Origin: Candidatus Scatovivens sp.
Lineage (GTDB): Bacteria > Bacillota > Clostridia > TANB77 > CAG-508
Direction: 5' to 3'
Assembly: GCA_045646345.1 (NCBI GenBank)
Contig: JAZRKN010000015.1
Coordinates: 1 to 64,000 of the forward strand
Length of the DNA stretch: 64,000 nucleotides
The notes beneath the pieces are model-generated. The model worked only from the letters and a program-made list of their open reading frames with translations. It did no database searches and was not told where the DNA came from. How positions within the stretch are numbered: the stretch's first letter is position 1; every line of letters begins with the position of its first letter. Position numbers and translations under genes: made by a program. Positions 1-10,052 of this stretch are shown one piece after another.

Positions 1-1190
1 GTTCTACTTTATTGTATCCTTCAACATCTATTGCTGTTTCTGTTATAGTTTCTCCAAATGTTTTATTTGAAACATTTTTTGCTGAAGCTACTGGTAAATT
101 TGTTCTTTGTTCTAAGTAATTTACTGTGTAGCTTAAATCAGTTCTCTTTGTATAATAGAAGTTTATTACATTATCTGTAACATCTATTGTAATTGTTTCT
201 GTTGTTGGAGCAACTTTATTATAACCTTCTATATCAATCGCTTGTTCTGTTACTACTGCTTTATAAGTTTGATTATTTACAACTTTTGCATCTGCTAATA
301 CGGCTTCTGTTCCTTGTTCTAAATAATTTACTGTATAACTTAAATCAGTTCTTTTTGCATAATAGAAATTAATTACATTGTCTGTAACATCTATTGTTAT
401 TGTTTGTTCTGTTGGATTTACTTTGTTATATCCAGCAATATCAATCGCTTGTTCTGTTACTACTGCTTTATAAATTTGATTATTTACAACTTTTGCTGTT
501 GCTAAAGGTGTATTTGTACCTTGTTCTAAATAATTTACTGTATAACTTAAATCAGTTCTCTTTGTATAATAGAAGTTTATTACATTTCCTTCTACTTCAA
601 TTGTTATTGTTTGGCTTGTTGGAGCAACTTTATTATATCCAACAATGTCTATAGCATTTTCTGTTACTACTGCTTTATAAGTTTGATCATTTACAACTTT
701 TGCATCTGCTAATACTGCATCTGACCCTTGTTCTAAATAATTTACTGTGTAGCTTAAATCATCTCTTTTTACATAGAATAAATTAATTACATTTTGAGTT
801 TCATCTGTTACTATTGTAATTATTTCAGGATTTAAACTATCAAAATAATATCCTTCAATATCAATTATTTCTGAATTTGATATTATTTCTGTCATAAATA
901 CTTGATTATTTACTACTTTAGCTGGTTTTATCACTTCATTTGTTTCTTTTTCTAAATAGTTAACTGTATAACTTAAATCAGCTCTTTTTACGTAATAAAT
1001 TTCAATTATATTTTCACTTTCAACAACACCAACTGTTAATGTATCAACATTAGTGCTATCGAAATAGTAACCATCAATTTCGATTTTTTCATCAACTGAT
1101 GTTATTTCTGTTGCATATTTAGAATCAACAACTTTATCTTCGTTTAATACTTCGTTTGTTTCTTTTTCTAAATATTTTACAGTATATTTA
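1..1190 (-). repeat. Intragenic tandem repeats of about 207 nt (69 aa, MucBP-like), at least 6 units
   Basis: Motif taatttactgt(g/a)ta(g/a)cttaaatc recurs near 118, 325, 531 and 738, with more divergent copies near 958 and 1175. Confidence 0.9.
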
Positions 1191-2368
1191 TAATCTTGAT
1201 TAACTGGAGTTTCAACATCCTCTTCAGGAGTTTTTTCATCATCTTCAGTTGATACTAGTGCAGAGTTTATTACAATACCTGCAGCAACATCTGCTTCTGT
1301 TACAACATATTTAAATAATACTGATGTAGTTTCTCCTGGAGCTAATTTTTCTATTAAATTAACTTCTCCTTCAACTAATACAGCACCTTCTAATGAGTCT
1401 TCAACTAATACGTTTTCAAGAGTTATATTTCCTATATTTTCTACTGTTATTTCATAAGTTAATACATCATTTAATTTAACTTTTTCAGGTATTTCTAGAC
1501 TGTTATTTACATCAACTAATTCTTTAACAACTGTATAGTCTTTATTTACATCCTCTGTAGGAACTATAACAGGTTCATCTAAATCTGTTGGAATTTTATT
1601 TTCAATAGTTGCAATTGCTGAGTTTACAATTTCACCATTTAAAATATCTTCCTCTGTTACCGTATATTCAAATGTAACTGATTCACTTGCATTTGGTTCT
1701 AATGTTTCAATCACTTTTGTTTCTAAGTTTCCATCTTCTCCGAATACAATTGTATCAACCACTTCTATATTGTTTACAGTCATATTTCCAGTATTTTTTA
1801 CTGTTACTGTATATGTTAATACATCATGAAGTCCAACTTTAGTATCTGGAGTAGCTTCTTTTTCCACTCCGTATGTAGATTCAACACTTCTTGGTGTTTC
1901 AACATTTTCATCTTCTTTAGATTCTTCTGACATATCTATATAAGAAGTAAATTCTTTAGATATTTCAATCCTTGTTTTATTAACCCCAATTGAGTTTTCA
2001 ATATTAATATCTAATGAATCTGGTTTCCAACCATAATTTTTATCTTTAGATGTTAATCTTTGAACATCTTGATATTCTATAATTGTAGTTTGAAGCGAGC
2101 TAAAATCATTTCTGCTTGTATTTGTTACTAAAGAGAAATCATCTTCATCAATATCTGCATTTTCAGATTCGCTTGCTTTATCTCCTGCGCCATCTTTATT
2201 TTCATTATTTTTTTCATTATTTTCTATTTGTTCATCTGTAATAGCTTCAGTGTTATTGTTAGATTTAATAAACATAACAGTACCAGCTATTGCAACAATA
2301 GAAACAATTAAAATCAAAACAGCGGCAATTACAAATTTCTTGCTTTTGTAATCAATCCTCTTTTTCAT
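2..2368 (-). CDS. Large surface adhesin (N-terminal signal/TM, two DUF11-like Ig domains, tandem MucBP-like repeats); 3' end runs off the window
   Basis: Not in the ORF track. ATG at 2368 with GGAGG RBS, frame open to the window edge. Translation MKKRIDYKSKKFVIAAVLILIVSIVAIAG...; two 'DVLTY.(I/V)TV.N.GN.T..N..V.D' domains, then repeats 'KRTDLSYTVNYLEQGT...AIDI.GYNKV.PT..TITI...NVINFYY'. Confidence 0.85.
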   Translation of the reverse strand, partial: MKKRIDYKSKKFVIAAVLILIVSIVAIAGTVMFIKSNNNTEAITDEQIENNEKNNENKDGAGDKASESENADIDEDDFSLVTNTSRNDFSSLQTTIIEYQDVQRLTSKDKNYGWKPDSLDINIENSIGVNKTRIEISKEFTSYIDMSEESKEDENVETPRSVESTYGVEKEATPDTKVGLHDVLTYTVTVKNTGNMTVNNIEVVDTIVFGEDGNLETKVIETLEPNASESVTFEYTVTEEDILNGEIVNSAIATIENKIPTDLDEPVIVPTEDVNKDYTVVKELVDVNNSLEIPEKVKLNDVLTYEITVENIGNITLENVLVEDSLEGAVLVEGEVNLIEKLAPGETTSVLFKYVVTEADVAAGIVINSALVSTEDDEKTPEEDVETPVNQDYKYTVKYLEKETNEVLNEDKVVDSKYATEITSVDEKIEIDGYYFDSTNVDTLTVGVVESENIIEIYYVKRADLSYTVNYLEKETNEVIKPAKVVNNQVFMTEIISNSEIIDIEGYYFDSLNPEIITIVTDETQNVINLFYVKRDDLSYTVNYLEQGSDAVLADAKVVNDQTYKAVVTENAIDIVGYNKVAPTSQTITIEVEGNVINFYYTKRTDLSYTVNYLEQGTNTPLATAKVVNNQIYKAVVTEQAIDIAGYNKVNPTEQTITIDVTDNVINFYYAKRTDLSYTVNYLEQGTEAVLADAKVVNNQTYKAVVTEQAIDIEGYNKVAPTTETITIDVTDNVINFYYTKRTDLSYTVNYLEQRTNLPVASAKNVSNKTFGETITETAIDVEGYNKVE

Positions 2369-2386
2369 ATATTTTCCTCCAAATAA

Positions 2387-2998
2387 TTAATTAATTTCAA
2401 AAGCCTTAATTATAAGTCTTTCAGTTCTACCTTTAGAACAAGTTATTAATGTTACCTCTCTAACATTTTCATCATCTGTTATTAATACCGAGGTGTCATT
2501 TGGATCTGTTTTAAAGATTTCTTTTATTTCATATTGTATAGTTTTACCTTTTAAATCTGTAAGTTCAACTATATCTCCTATTTGAAGATTTTTATTTTTT
2601 CCAAACATTGTTCCATCATAATTATTATGACCTGCTAGTGATAAATTCCCCAAACTATTTACTTCACCACCCCAAAATCTGCTTATAGCAATTTTCATTG
2701 TTTTATCAGTAGTTTCTTCTAGTATTGGATACTCTAGTTCAATTTTTGGAATCTTAATAATCCCTATTACATTATAACCTTCAAATTTTAAATCAAATTT
2801 TGATTCATTATTTTCATTATCTATTTCAATTTCATTTAAATAGTTTTTAAAATCATTTACTACATTTCGATTTTTATCTTCATATTCATTTCTTTCAGAA
2901 TGTATATTATATATTTTTATACTTGCTATAATTGCAAAAATTATTAAAATAACAAGAAATATTGTATATATAAATATTTTTTTATTATTTATCTTCAT
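2387..2998 (-). CDS. Sortase (class D-like)
   Basis: N-terminal TM; LAGHN (His), VTLITC (Cys) and downstream Arg catalytic motifs. Confidence 0.92.
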   Translation of the reverse strand: MKINNKKIFIYTIFLVILIIFAIIASIKIYNIHSERNEYEDKNRNVVNDFKNYLNEIEIDNENNESKFDLKFEGYNVIGIIKIPKIELEYPILEETTDKTMKIAISRFWGGEVNSLGNLSLAGHNNYDGTMFGKNKNLQIGDIVELTDLKGKTIQYEIKEIFKTDPNDTSVLITDDENVREVTLITCSKGRTERLIIKAFEIN

Positions 2999-3995
2999 TT
3001 TTATTTTTTCTGCTTAAAAAGAAAATTCTAATTACAACTATTGCAATTAATACTATTACAACTGCAAAGAATACATATAGTCCAATTTCTTCACCAGTTA
3101 CTGGTAAAATTGAAGCTGTACGTAGTGGAACTTTTTCAGTAGCAACAGTATGTTTTTCTTTATAATTACATTCTAAAATTTGAAGATCTATTATTTCATT
3201 TTGATTTGAATCTATATCTGCTGGTTCTATTAAGCTATTTTCTTGTAATAAAACTAAATATCTATCTCCATCAACTGAATCTTCTGGTTGTTTTACTTCT
3301 TTTCCTGTAACGTCTTTCCAACTAGCATTTTCTATTACAGTATTTAAAACATTTTCTGTTTCTTTTAATAAATCTATTTTTTCTATCATTTCTTTATCAG
3401 AAAGATTTTCTGTTTTTTCTAATAAATCTACTAATTTTGCAGCATCTTCATTTTTCGACAACTTATATATATCATATTTAAAAGTGCTATCTTCAGCATC
3501 TTTAATAATAATTTTTCCTAATTCTTTAGTTATTGTTATACCACCTGAAACTTCTTCAACGTTATCTTTTTGAGTTACATCTACAGCAATTCTTTTTGTT
3601 AAAGTGTTTAATTCAGATAATTTTGCCAAATCTAAAGCTTCATCTAAATTTAATTCTATTTTTGATAAAACATCATTGTTTGACAAATCTTTAACCCATA
3701 AATAAACTTTTTGCGTTAAATCAACACTAAATCCATTATCCAAACATGCAACATTAATTCCGTTTGAATCTGTCCAATTATTTATATAATTTAAATCTGT
3801 TGGGTTTACTTCTGCATTATTGTTAAAAGCAAAAGCAAATTCTGTATTTTCAAAACCGTCTATATAAATAATATAATCTTCGTTAGATTTAACAATTCTA
3901 AAATTTTCATCTACAGCTTGAATTTCTAATGGAATTATTGCAAATAACATTACTACCACTAGAACTACAAATAATTTTTTCAAGCTCATAACCAT
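2985..3995 (-). CDS. Cell-wall-anchored protein with LPXTG sorting signal
   Basis: Signal peptide; C-terminal LPVTG, hydrophobic stretch and basic tail; overlaps the sortase start. Confidence 0.85.
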   Translation of the reverse strand: MVMSLKKLFVVLVVVMLFAIIPLEIQAVDENFRIVKSNEDYIIYIDGFENTEFAFAFNNNAEVNPTDLNYINNWTDSNGINVACLDNGFSVDLTQKVYLWVKDLSNNDVLSKIELNLDEALDLAKLSELNTLTKRIAVDVTQKDNVEEVSGGITITKELGKIIIKDAEDSTFKYDIYKLSKNEDAAKLVDLLEKTENLSDKEMIEKIDLLKETENVLNTVIENASWKDVTGKEVKQPEDSVDGDRYLVLLQENSLIEPADIDSNQNEIIDLQILECNYKEKHTVATEKVPLRTASILPVTGEEIGLYVFFAVVIVLIAIVVIRIFFLSRKNKNEDK

Positions 3996-4182
3996 TCCTC
4001 CTTATAAAAAATTTTCGCCAACATTTTATAATATTTTTTCTCAAAATTCAAGCGTTCCGTAGAATTTTCTCGATTTTTATTACAATTTTATTACATTTTT
4101 ATCTACCTATATATAGTATTTTTTTTAAATTAATTAATTTGCTCAAAAAAAGAGAATTTTTTCAAATTCTCTTTTTTATTTG

Positions 4183-4686
4183 TTATAATTCTAATTCAAC
4201 AATTTTATTTTCATTTAAAGTCTTTCGTAAGTCTATAATTCTTTGATTATCGGAGCCTCTAAATCTTATTTCTGGATTTTTTCTTTCTTCTATAAATCTT
4301 CCATCAACCAAAACATCTATATTTCTTAAAGTAGTATCTGTAATATCATCTTTACGATTTTTTAGTTCTTCAAAAGTATATCCTGAATAACACCATATAT
4401 TTAACTCTGGTTTTTCTTTTTTTAAAGCTTCTATAAAATCATTTACGTCTTTTATATTTTCTTTGCACAGTGGTTCTCCACCGCTTATAGTTACTCCTTT
4501 TAAAATAGAGTTTTCTTTTATTCTATTTATTATAGCATTTTGATCGAATTCTTCACCATAATTATAATCTTGAGCAATTTTATTATGACATCCAGGACAA
4601 TTATGAGGACATCCACTAACAAATAATACTGCTCTCCAACCTATTCCATTTGACATACTCTCATCATAAAATCCTGCCATTTTCAT
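4183..4686 (-). CDS. nrdG: Anaerobic ribonucleotide reductase activating protein (radical SAM)
   Basis: CPHNCPGC (CxxxCxxC), GGEP and RGSDNQR motifs; directly downstream of nrdD. Confidence 0.97.
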   Translation of the reverse strand: MKMAGFYDESMSNGIGWRAVLFVSGCPHNCPGCHNKIAQDYNYGEEFDQNAIINRIKENSILKGVTISGGEPLCKENIKDVNDFIEALKKEKPELNIWCYSGYTFEELKNRKDDITDTTLRNIDVLVDGRFIEERKNPEIRFRGSDNQRIIDLRKTLNENKIVELEL

Positions 4687-4703
4687 AACTAATTAAATCT
4701 CCT

Positions 4704-6986
4704 TTATTCTCCCAAACCATTATGTGTAACTCTATCTCTTAACTCTGCAAGTTTTGCTTTATTCCAACGAGATGTTGTTCCAACTAAATATCCTGTAATT
4801 CTTTGAATTGTATCTATATTTTCACTACCACATTTTGGACATGAAACTAAGTTCGCATCTGCATTTTCAAAACCACAATCTAAGCATCTAGCTCTTGTAT
4901 GATTTACACTTCCATATCCCATATTGTATTTATCCATTAAATCAACAACAGCTTTTATTGAGTCTGGATTGTGAGTAGCATCTCCATCAAGTTCGATATA
5001 GAAAATATGGCCTGCTCTGCACATTTCATGATATGGAGCTTCTATTTTTGCCTTATGTTCAGCTGTACATTTATACCAAACAGGAACATGGTTACTATTT
5101 GTATAATATTCTCTATCTGTTACTCCTGGAATAACACCATAAGATTTTCTATCTAATTTTGTAAATCTTCCTGATAATCCTTCTGCAGGAGTTGCTATAA
5201 TTGAATAATTCAAATTATATTTTTCTGAGAATTCTTTTGTTAAATCCCACATTTCATTAACAATCTCTATACCTAATTTTTGAGCATCTTCATCTTCTCC
5301 GTGATGTTTACCAACTAAAGTAATTAAACATTCTGCTAAACCTATAAAACCAATACTTAGAGTTCCATGTTTTAAAACATCTCCAACACTATCATTTGGT
5401 TTTAATTTATCACTATCAAGCCACATTCCTTCCATCAATAATGGGAATTGTTTTGCTATAGCTGTAGATTGGAATAAAAATCTTTCATGTAATTGTTGTG
5501 CTGCTATTGTTGTATATTTTTCAAGTTCATGCATAAAAATTCTTTTAACAGCTTTTTTGTATAAATCGTTCATATGAACACTGCTTCCGATACCTAAATC
5601 GAATTTTTTACCAATTTTTTCTTGAGCTTTTAAAGCTGATTCAATAGCAATTTTTGGTAAGTTAATTGTTGTAAAAGAAAGATTTCCTCTTCCTATTGAT
5701 GTTTTTTCTCCATGTCTGTTTTCAAATACTCTTGTTCTACATCCCATAGTAGCACATTCATAGTACCATCTTCTTGGATCTGATTCATCCCACTTATCAT
5801 TATGATTATAAGTAGCATCTAAATTTATATAGTTAGGGAAAAATCTTTTGGCTGCAACTTTACAAGAAAATTCATATAAATCATAGTTTTTATCTTCTGG
5901 TAAATAGTTAATTCCTTTTTTCTTTTTCCAAATTTGAATTGGGAAAATTGCAGTTTCACTATTTCCAACACCTTCGTAAGTAGATTGTAATAATTCTCTA
6001 ATAACACATCTACCTTCTGCTGTAGTATCAGTTCCATAGTTAATTGAACTAAATACAACTTGATTTCCACCTCTTGAATGAATTGTATTCATATTATGAA
6101 TAAATGCTTCCATTGCTTGGTGAACTCTCTCCACAGTTCTATTTATTGCAACTTGAATTATTCTGTCTTTTCCTTTTAATCCCTTCAAATCTTTTTTTAT
6201 GTAATCTTTTACTTCATAATCAAGATATTTTGTAACATCTTCGTTTAAAACTTCACCTTGTTTTTTTATTTCTTCTTCAAATGTTTTTCTAACATAAGGA
6301 GCTAGGAAATAATCAAACGCCGGAATCGCTTGTCCACCATGCATTTCGTTTTGTATTGTTTCCATCGAAATACAACCTAAAATACTAGCAGTTTCAATTC
6401 TTTTTGCAGGTCTTGAAGAACCATGACCAGCTTTGAAACCATTTTCTAAAATTCTATCTAATGGATGTTGCAAACATGTTAATGATTTTGTTGGATAATA
6501 ATCTTTATCATGAATATGAACATATCCTAAATTAACAGCTTCTCTAACTTCTTTTGATAATAAGAAATCATCAACAAATGGTTTTGTTGTTTCAGAAGCA
6601 AATTTCATCATCATACCAGCAGGTGTATCTGCATTCATATTTGCATTTTCTCTTGTGATATCATTTGCTTTTGCACTAATAATATCTAAAAACATTTCTC
6701 TTGTTTTTGACTTTCTTGCAACATCCCTATTATATCTATATGTAATATAACTTTGTGCAACTTCTTTTCTGCTTGATCCCATTAATTTTTTCTCAACAGC
6801 ATCTTGTATCTCATAAACACTGACTTGTGTTTGATTTTCAAATTGTTTTTCAACACTATCTGCAATTTTATTTGCTAAATCTAAATCTATTCCTTCAATT
6901 GTATGTGACATCGCTTTTGATATCGCATCTACAATTCTTTCTCTTTTGAACTCCATTAATCTTCCATCTCTTTTGATTACTTGCAT
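4704..6986 (-). CDS. nrdD: Class III anaerobic ribonucleoside-triphosphate reductase
   Basis: N-terminal ATP cone (VIKRDG), MGCRT, ATPAEG, C-terminal CxxC...CxxC and RITGYL glycyl-radical motif. Confidence 0.98.
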   Translation of the reverse strand: MQVIKRDGRLMEFKRERIVDAISKAMSHTIEGIDLDLANKIADSVEKQFENQTQVSVYEIQDAVEKKLMGSSRKEVAQSYITYRYNRDVARKSKTREMFLDIISAKANDITRENANMNADTPAGMMMKFASETTKPFVDDFLLSKEVREAVNLGYVHIHDKDYYPTKSLTCLQHPLDRILENGFKAGHGSSRPAKRIETASILGCISMETIQNEMHGGQAIPAFDYFLAPYVRKTFEEEIKKQGEVLNEDVTKYLDYEVKDYIKKDLKGLKGKDRIIQVAINRTVERVHQAMEAFIHNMNTIHSRGGNQVVFSSINYGTDTTAEGRCVIRELLQSTYEGVGNSETAIFPIQIWKKKKGINYLPEDKNYDLYEFSCKVAAKRFFPNYINLDATYNHNDKWDESDPRRWYYECATMGCRTRVFENRHGEKTSIGRGNLSFTTINLPKIAIESALKAQEKIGKKFDLGIGSSVHMNDLYKKAVKRIFMHELEKYTTIAAQQLHERFLFQSTAIAKQFPLLMEGMWLDSDKLKPNDSVGDVLKHGTLSIGFIGLAECLITLVGKHHGEDEDAQKLGIEIVNEMWDLTKEFSEKYNLNYSIIATPAEGLSGRFTKLDRKSYGVIPGVTDREYYTNSNHVPVWYKCTAEHKAKIEAPYHEMCRAGHIFYIELDGDATHNPDSIKAVVDLMDKYNMGYGSVNHTRARCLDCGFENADANLVSCPKCGSENIDTIQRITGYLVGTTSRWNKAKLAELRDRVTHNGLGE

Positions 6987-7042
6987 TTTTTCTTCCTCCT
7001 TATTTTAGGTTAATTACATTCTAATTCATTTTTTAAAAAAAT

Positions 7043-7062
7043 AATGTTGCTACAGCAACATT
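7043..7062. promoter_or_regulatory. Palindromic operator AATGTTGC-TACA-GCAACATT upstream of nrdD
   Basis: Perfect 8-bp arms around a 4-nt spacer; second copy at 7189-7204; adjacent to a Crp/Fnr gene. Confidence 0.7.
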
Positions 7063-7188
7063 TAATGTTTTTAATTTCATTTTCCATATTTTTTCTTGAT
7101 TTCAGTGGTTTTTATCGATTATTAATTTTGTGTTACAATTCTTCTATATTGATTTTTCAAGCATTTCAGCATATTATTTCCTATTCTT

Positions 7189-7204
7189 TGTTGCCATAGC
7201 AACA
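7189..7204. promoter_or_regulatory. Second operator TGTTGC-CATA-GCAACA in the promoter of the Crp/Fnr gene
   Basis: Same TGTTGC-N4-GCAACA palindrome just upstream of a TGtTATATT extended -10-like element. Confidence 0.7.
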
Positions 7205-7236
7205 TTTTTGTGTTATATTATTTTTGGTGATGTATT

Positions 7237-7863
7237 ATGAGAAGAAATTTTGATCCAGAAAATTTTATAAAAAAAATGCAAACTCATTGTAGTTTATGCG
7301 AAGTAAAAGAATTTCAAGCAGATGAAGTAATTACTACATTTCTTTTAAGAAGAAATCAATTTTGTGTTTTACTTGAAGGAGAAGCACAATTAATTACTTA
7401 CGATAGTGATGGAAATAAAAAAATCTTATATTATTATAAAAAGAATGATTTATTTGGTGAAGCTTTATTTAAAGTATATATGAATAAAGAATTATTTGTG
7501 CTTGCAAAAAAGAAATGTAAAGTTTTATTTTATCCATATGATACAGCTGAAAATTGTACTAATACTTCTTGTATTTATCATATAGAAATTTTAAGAAACT
7601 TGCCAGATTTAATTCTTCACAGCATTGCAAAACAAAACTTTAGAATGATTCTTTTAACATATAAAGGTGTTAGAGATAAATTATTGACTTACTTTAATTA
7701 TTTATCAATAGAAAATTCCAGCAAAACTATAGAGTTACCATTTTCACTAACAGATTTATCAGATTATCTTATGATAGAAAGAACAGCCATGATGAGAGAA
7801 TTAAAAAGACTTCAAGATGAAAAAATCATAAAGAAAACTAAAAATAAAATTATATTATTATAA
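7237..7863 (+). CDS. Crp/Fnr family transcriptional regulator (HcpR-like)
   Basis: cNMP-binding-like region (DLFGE) and C-terminal HTH 'SLTDLSDYLMIERTAMMRELKRL'; Cys cluster C-x3-C...H. Confidence 0.9.
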   Translation: MRRNFDPENFIKKMQTHCSLCEVKEFQADEVITTFLLRRNQFCVLLEGEAQLITYDSDGNKKILYYYKKNDLFGEALFKVYMNKELFVLAKKKCKVLFYPYDTAENCTNTSCIYHIEILRNLPDLILHSIAKQNFRMILLTYKGVRDKLLTYFNYLSIENSSKTIELPFSLTDLSDYLMIERTAMMRELKRLQDEKIIKKTKNKIILL

Positions 7864-7864
7864 A

Positions 7865-7898
7865 AAAACACTTAGTAATTTATTTTACTAAGTGTTTT
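7865..7898. terminator. Bidirectional intrinsic terminator
   Basis: aaaacacttagtaa / ttactaagtgtttt inverted repeat between convergent genes. Confidence 0.85.
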
Positions 7899-7902
7899 CT
7901 TT

Positions 7903-8463
7903 TTATTTATTTTTTTCTCTTAAATATTCAACAAGTTCATTATAACCTTCCATATTCCAATATTTAAATCTTATCTCGTCATCGTAATTTCCTAGTGTTT
8001 TATCAGTACCTTCTGGAATAAAAATAAAATCCCAACTCCAGCCATACTCACCTGATTTTTCAAAAGCAATTTTACCATTTGTAATAGATTTAAAAACAAC
8101 CGGTTCTTTTCCATATTCACAATATGCTAATACTTCTTCAAAATGAGCATTTCTATTATCTATACCTTCTAATAATTTTAAAATTCCATCTTCTCCTAAC
8201 GTATCATCAACATAATGTGTATATGGTCCAGGAAATCCATTTAATGCGTCTATACAAATTCCACTATCATTTTTCAAAACCGCTGTTTTTAACTTATCGC
8301 TAGCCCATTTAGCAGAATATTTAGCAACATTTTCAATTAAATCATCTTGCAATTCCGGTACATCTAATTTTACTTGTTCCACTTCAAATCCTAATGGTTC
8401 TAATATTTGTCTTGCACTTAATATTTTCGCCCAATTACCTGTAACATACGTTATTTTTTTCAT
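7903..8463 (-). CDS. Non-canonical purine NTP pyrophosphatase (HAM1/RdgB family)
   Basis: VTGN..K, DSGICIDALNGFPGPY and G.SWDFIF motifs; the usual C-terminal SHR motif is not evident. Confidence 0.88.
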   Translation of the reverse strand: MKKITYVTGNWAKILSARQILEPLGFEVEQVKLDVPELQDDLIENVAKYSAKWASDKLKTAVLKNDSGICIDALNGFPGPYTHYVDDTLGEDGILKLLEGIDNRNAHFEEVLAYCEYGKEPVVFKSITNGKIAFEKSGEYGWSWDFIFIPEGTDKTLGNYDDEIRFKYWNMEGYNELVEYLREKNK

Positions 8464-8478
8464 TTTATCATCTTCTTT

Positions 8479-9183
8479 CTATTTTAATTTCTTTATTATA
8501 TACATTGAATAAAATATTGAAATCACTAACCATACAACTGGAATAACATATAAAGAAATATCATTTTCAACACTTATTATACTTAAAGAATTTATAATAC
8601 TATGAGTAATTATGCAAGGCCATAACGATTTTCCTTTATAAAAAATTATAACAAATAAAAAACCAGCAGCAATTGCATAAATAATTTGAATTAATGTTGG
8701 AATTAATGCAGCTCCATTAAATAAATTTATAATATGTCCTATTCCAAAAGTAATTGAAGTCACTATAATTGCAGTTTTGACATTGTCTTTTTCCATTACT
8801 TTAAACAAGAATCCTCTAAAAATTATTTCTTCTAAAAATCCTATACATAACATTGAAAGCACATGAAACAATATTTCATTGATAGAATTGTTTATATAAA
8901 TACCAGAAATTATACTTGTACCAACCATTAATATTAGCGGTATAAAATACAAAAATTCTTTTACTTTGTTTGGTTTTACTAAACCATAATATTCTTTCAA
9001 CTCGTTTTTATTTATAAAAATTAATATTCCTGCAGATAATATAGCGTTGCAAATCACAGTTCTAACATCTGTAAGTCCCCAATTTTGCATACAAAATGAA
9101 TTAAGAACAATATATATAATAATTAAACTCATGCTTATAAAAAATTCATATTTATCAAATATTTTTTTCATATCATCCTCCAA
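8479..9183 (-). CDS. CPBP (CAAX/Abi) intramembrane metalloprotease
   Basis: EEIIFRG, FGIGH and HSIIN motifs; multiple TM helices. Confidence 0.92.
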   Translation of the reverse strand: MEDDMKKIFDKYEFFISMSLIIIYIVLNSFCMQNWGLTDVRTVICNAILSAGILIFINKNELKEYYGLVKPNKVKEFLYFIPLILMVGTSIISGIYINNSINEILFHVLSMLCIGFLEEIIFRGFLFKVMEKDNVKTAIIVTSITFGIGHIINLFNGAALIPTLIQIIYAIAAGFLFVIIFYKGKSLWPCIITHSIINSLSIISVENDISLYVIPVVWLVISIFYSMYIIKKLK

Positions 9184-9261
9184 TTACTATTTTATATCTG
9201 TATTTTACCTCTATAAGCAAATTAATTCAATCATATTAAAAAAATAAAAAAGAAGCCTTTT

Positions 9262-9289
9262 TGAAGTGAACCTCCTACAGTTCACTTCA
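9262..9289. repeat. Inverted repeat TGAAGTGAAC-N8-GTTCACTTCA, possible IS3/IS150-type end remnant
   Basis: Perfect 10-bp arms with TG...CA termini; IS origin is inferred. Confidence 0.45.
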
Positions 9290-9310
9290 TAGTTGCGCTC
9301 CTTTTATTTA

Positions 9311-9871
9311 TTATAATTTCTTTTCTTGACAATACCACTCTATATCAAATTCAACTTTTTCGCCTTTTATTTCATAGCCAATTGATTTATATAAATTACA
9401 TGCTTTAAAATTAGATTTTCCTACTGTAAGAAACATATAATCTACATTTTGTTTTCTCAAATCATCTTCTATATATTTAATAAGTTTTCTTGCTATTCCT
9501 TGTTTTTGATATTTTTTTGAAACAGCTACTCTTGCTAAATCTCTTGGATTTTTTACATTCTTTGTAAAGATGTCTAATTTAAATAATTCTTCATCAAGTC
9601 CTGCATGTGCAGAAGCAACAATTTTATCATTAAGTTTTAATATATACATAGAATCTAATTCAATATCTCTTCTTATATCCTCTATTGATGGGTAATATTC
9701 ATTCCAAAGACATCCCTCAAACCCTATTAGTGATTTATAAATATCAAATATTTCATTAAGTTCTTCTACTTTAGCTTTTCGGATTTCTATATTATCTTCT
9801 GACTTTTTCATTTGTTTTTCTCCCATTTTTATATCTAAAATTTTTATAACATATTTCAATATAATTTTCAA
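9311..9871 (-). CDS. GNAT family N-acetyltransferase (true start probably near 9811)
   Basis: RVAVSKKYQKQGIA acetyl-CoA motif A; N..A..LY...GY motif B. Confidence 0.9.
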   Translation of the reverse strand: MKIILKYVIKILDIKMGEKQMKKSEDNIEIRKAKVEELNEIFDIYKSLIGFEGCLWNEYYPSIEDIRRDIELDSMYILKLNDKIVASAHAGLDEELFKLDIFTKNVKNPRDLARVAVSKKYQKQGIARKLIKYIEDDLRKQNVDYMFLTVGKSNFKACNLYKSIGYEIKGEKVEFDIEWYCQEKKL

Positions 9872-10052
9872 CTCAATATGATGATTTAATATATATCTAT
9901 ATTTTTGATAATATTGAGCTCAAAATATATCAGCACATAAAAAAACATAAAACCTCTGTATTTGTTATTGTATATTTATTTGAATAATGATATATATAAG
10001 ATAAAAGTATATTATTATACTTTATAAGTTATTATTAAAAGGAGAAAAAATT

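Noticed and set aside
394-654. 86-aa plus-strand ORF
   Set aside because: Antisense shadow of the adhesin repeats.
1-1190. Regular repeats that could suggest a CRISPR array
   Set aside because: The period is about 207 nt, in frame within a protein, with no unique spacers and no cas genes.
4101-4120. NrdR-box-like ACCTATATATAGTA
   Set aside because: Single copy, downstream of nrdG rather than upstream of nrdD; AT-rich palindromes arise easily by chance.
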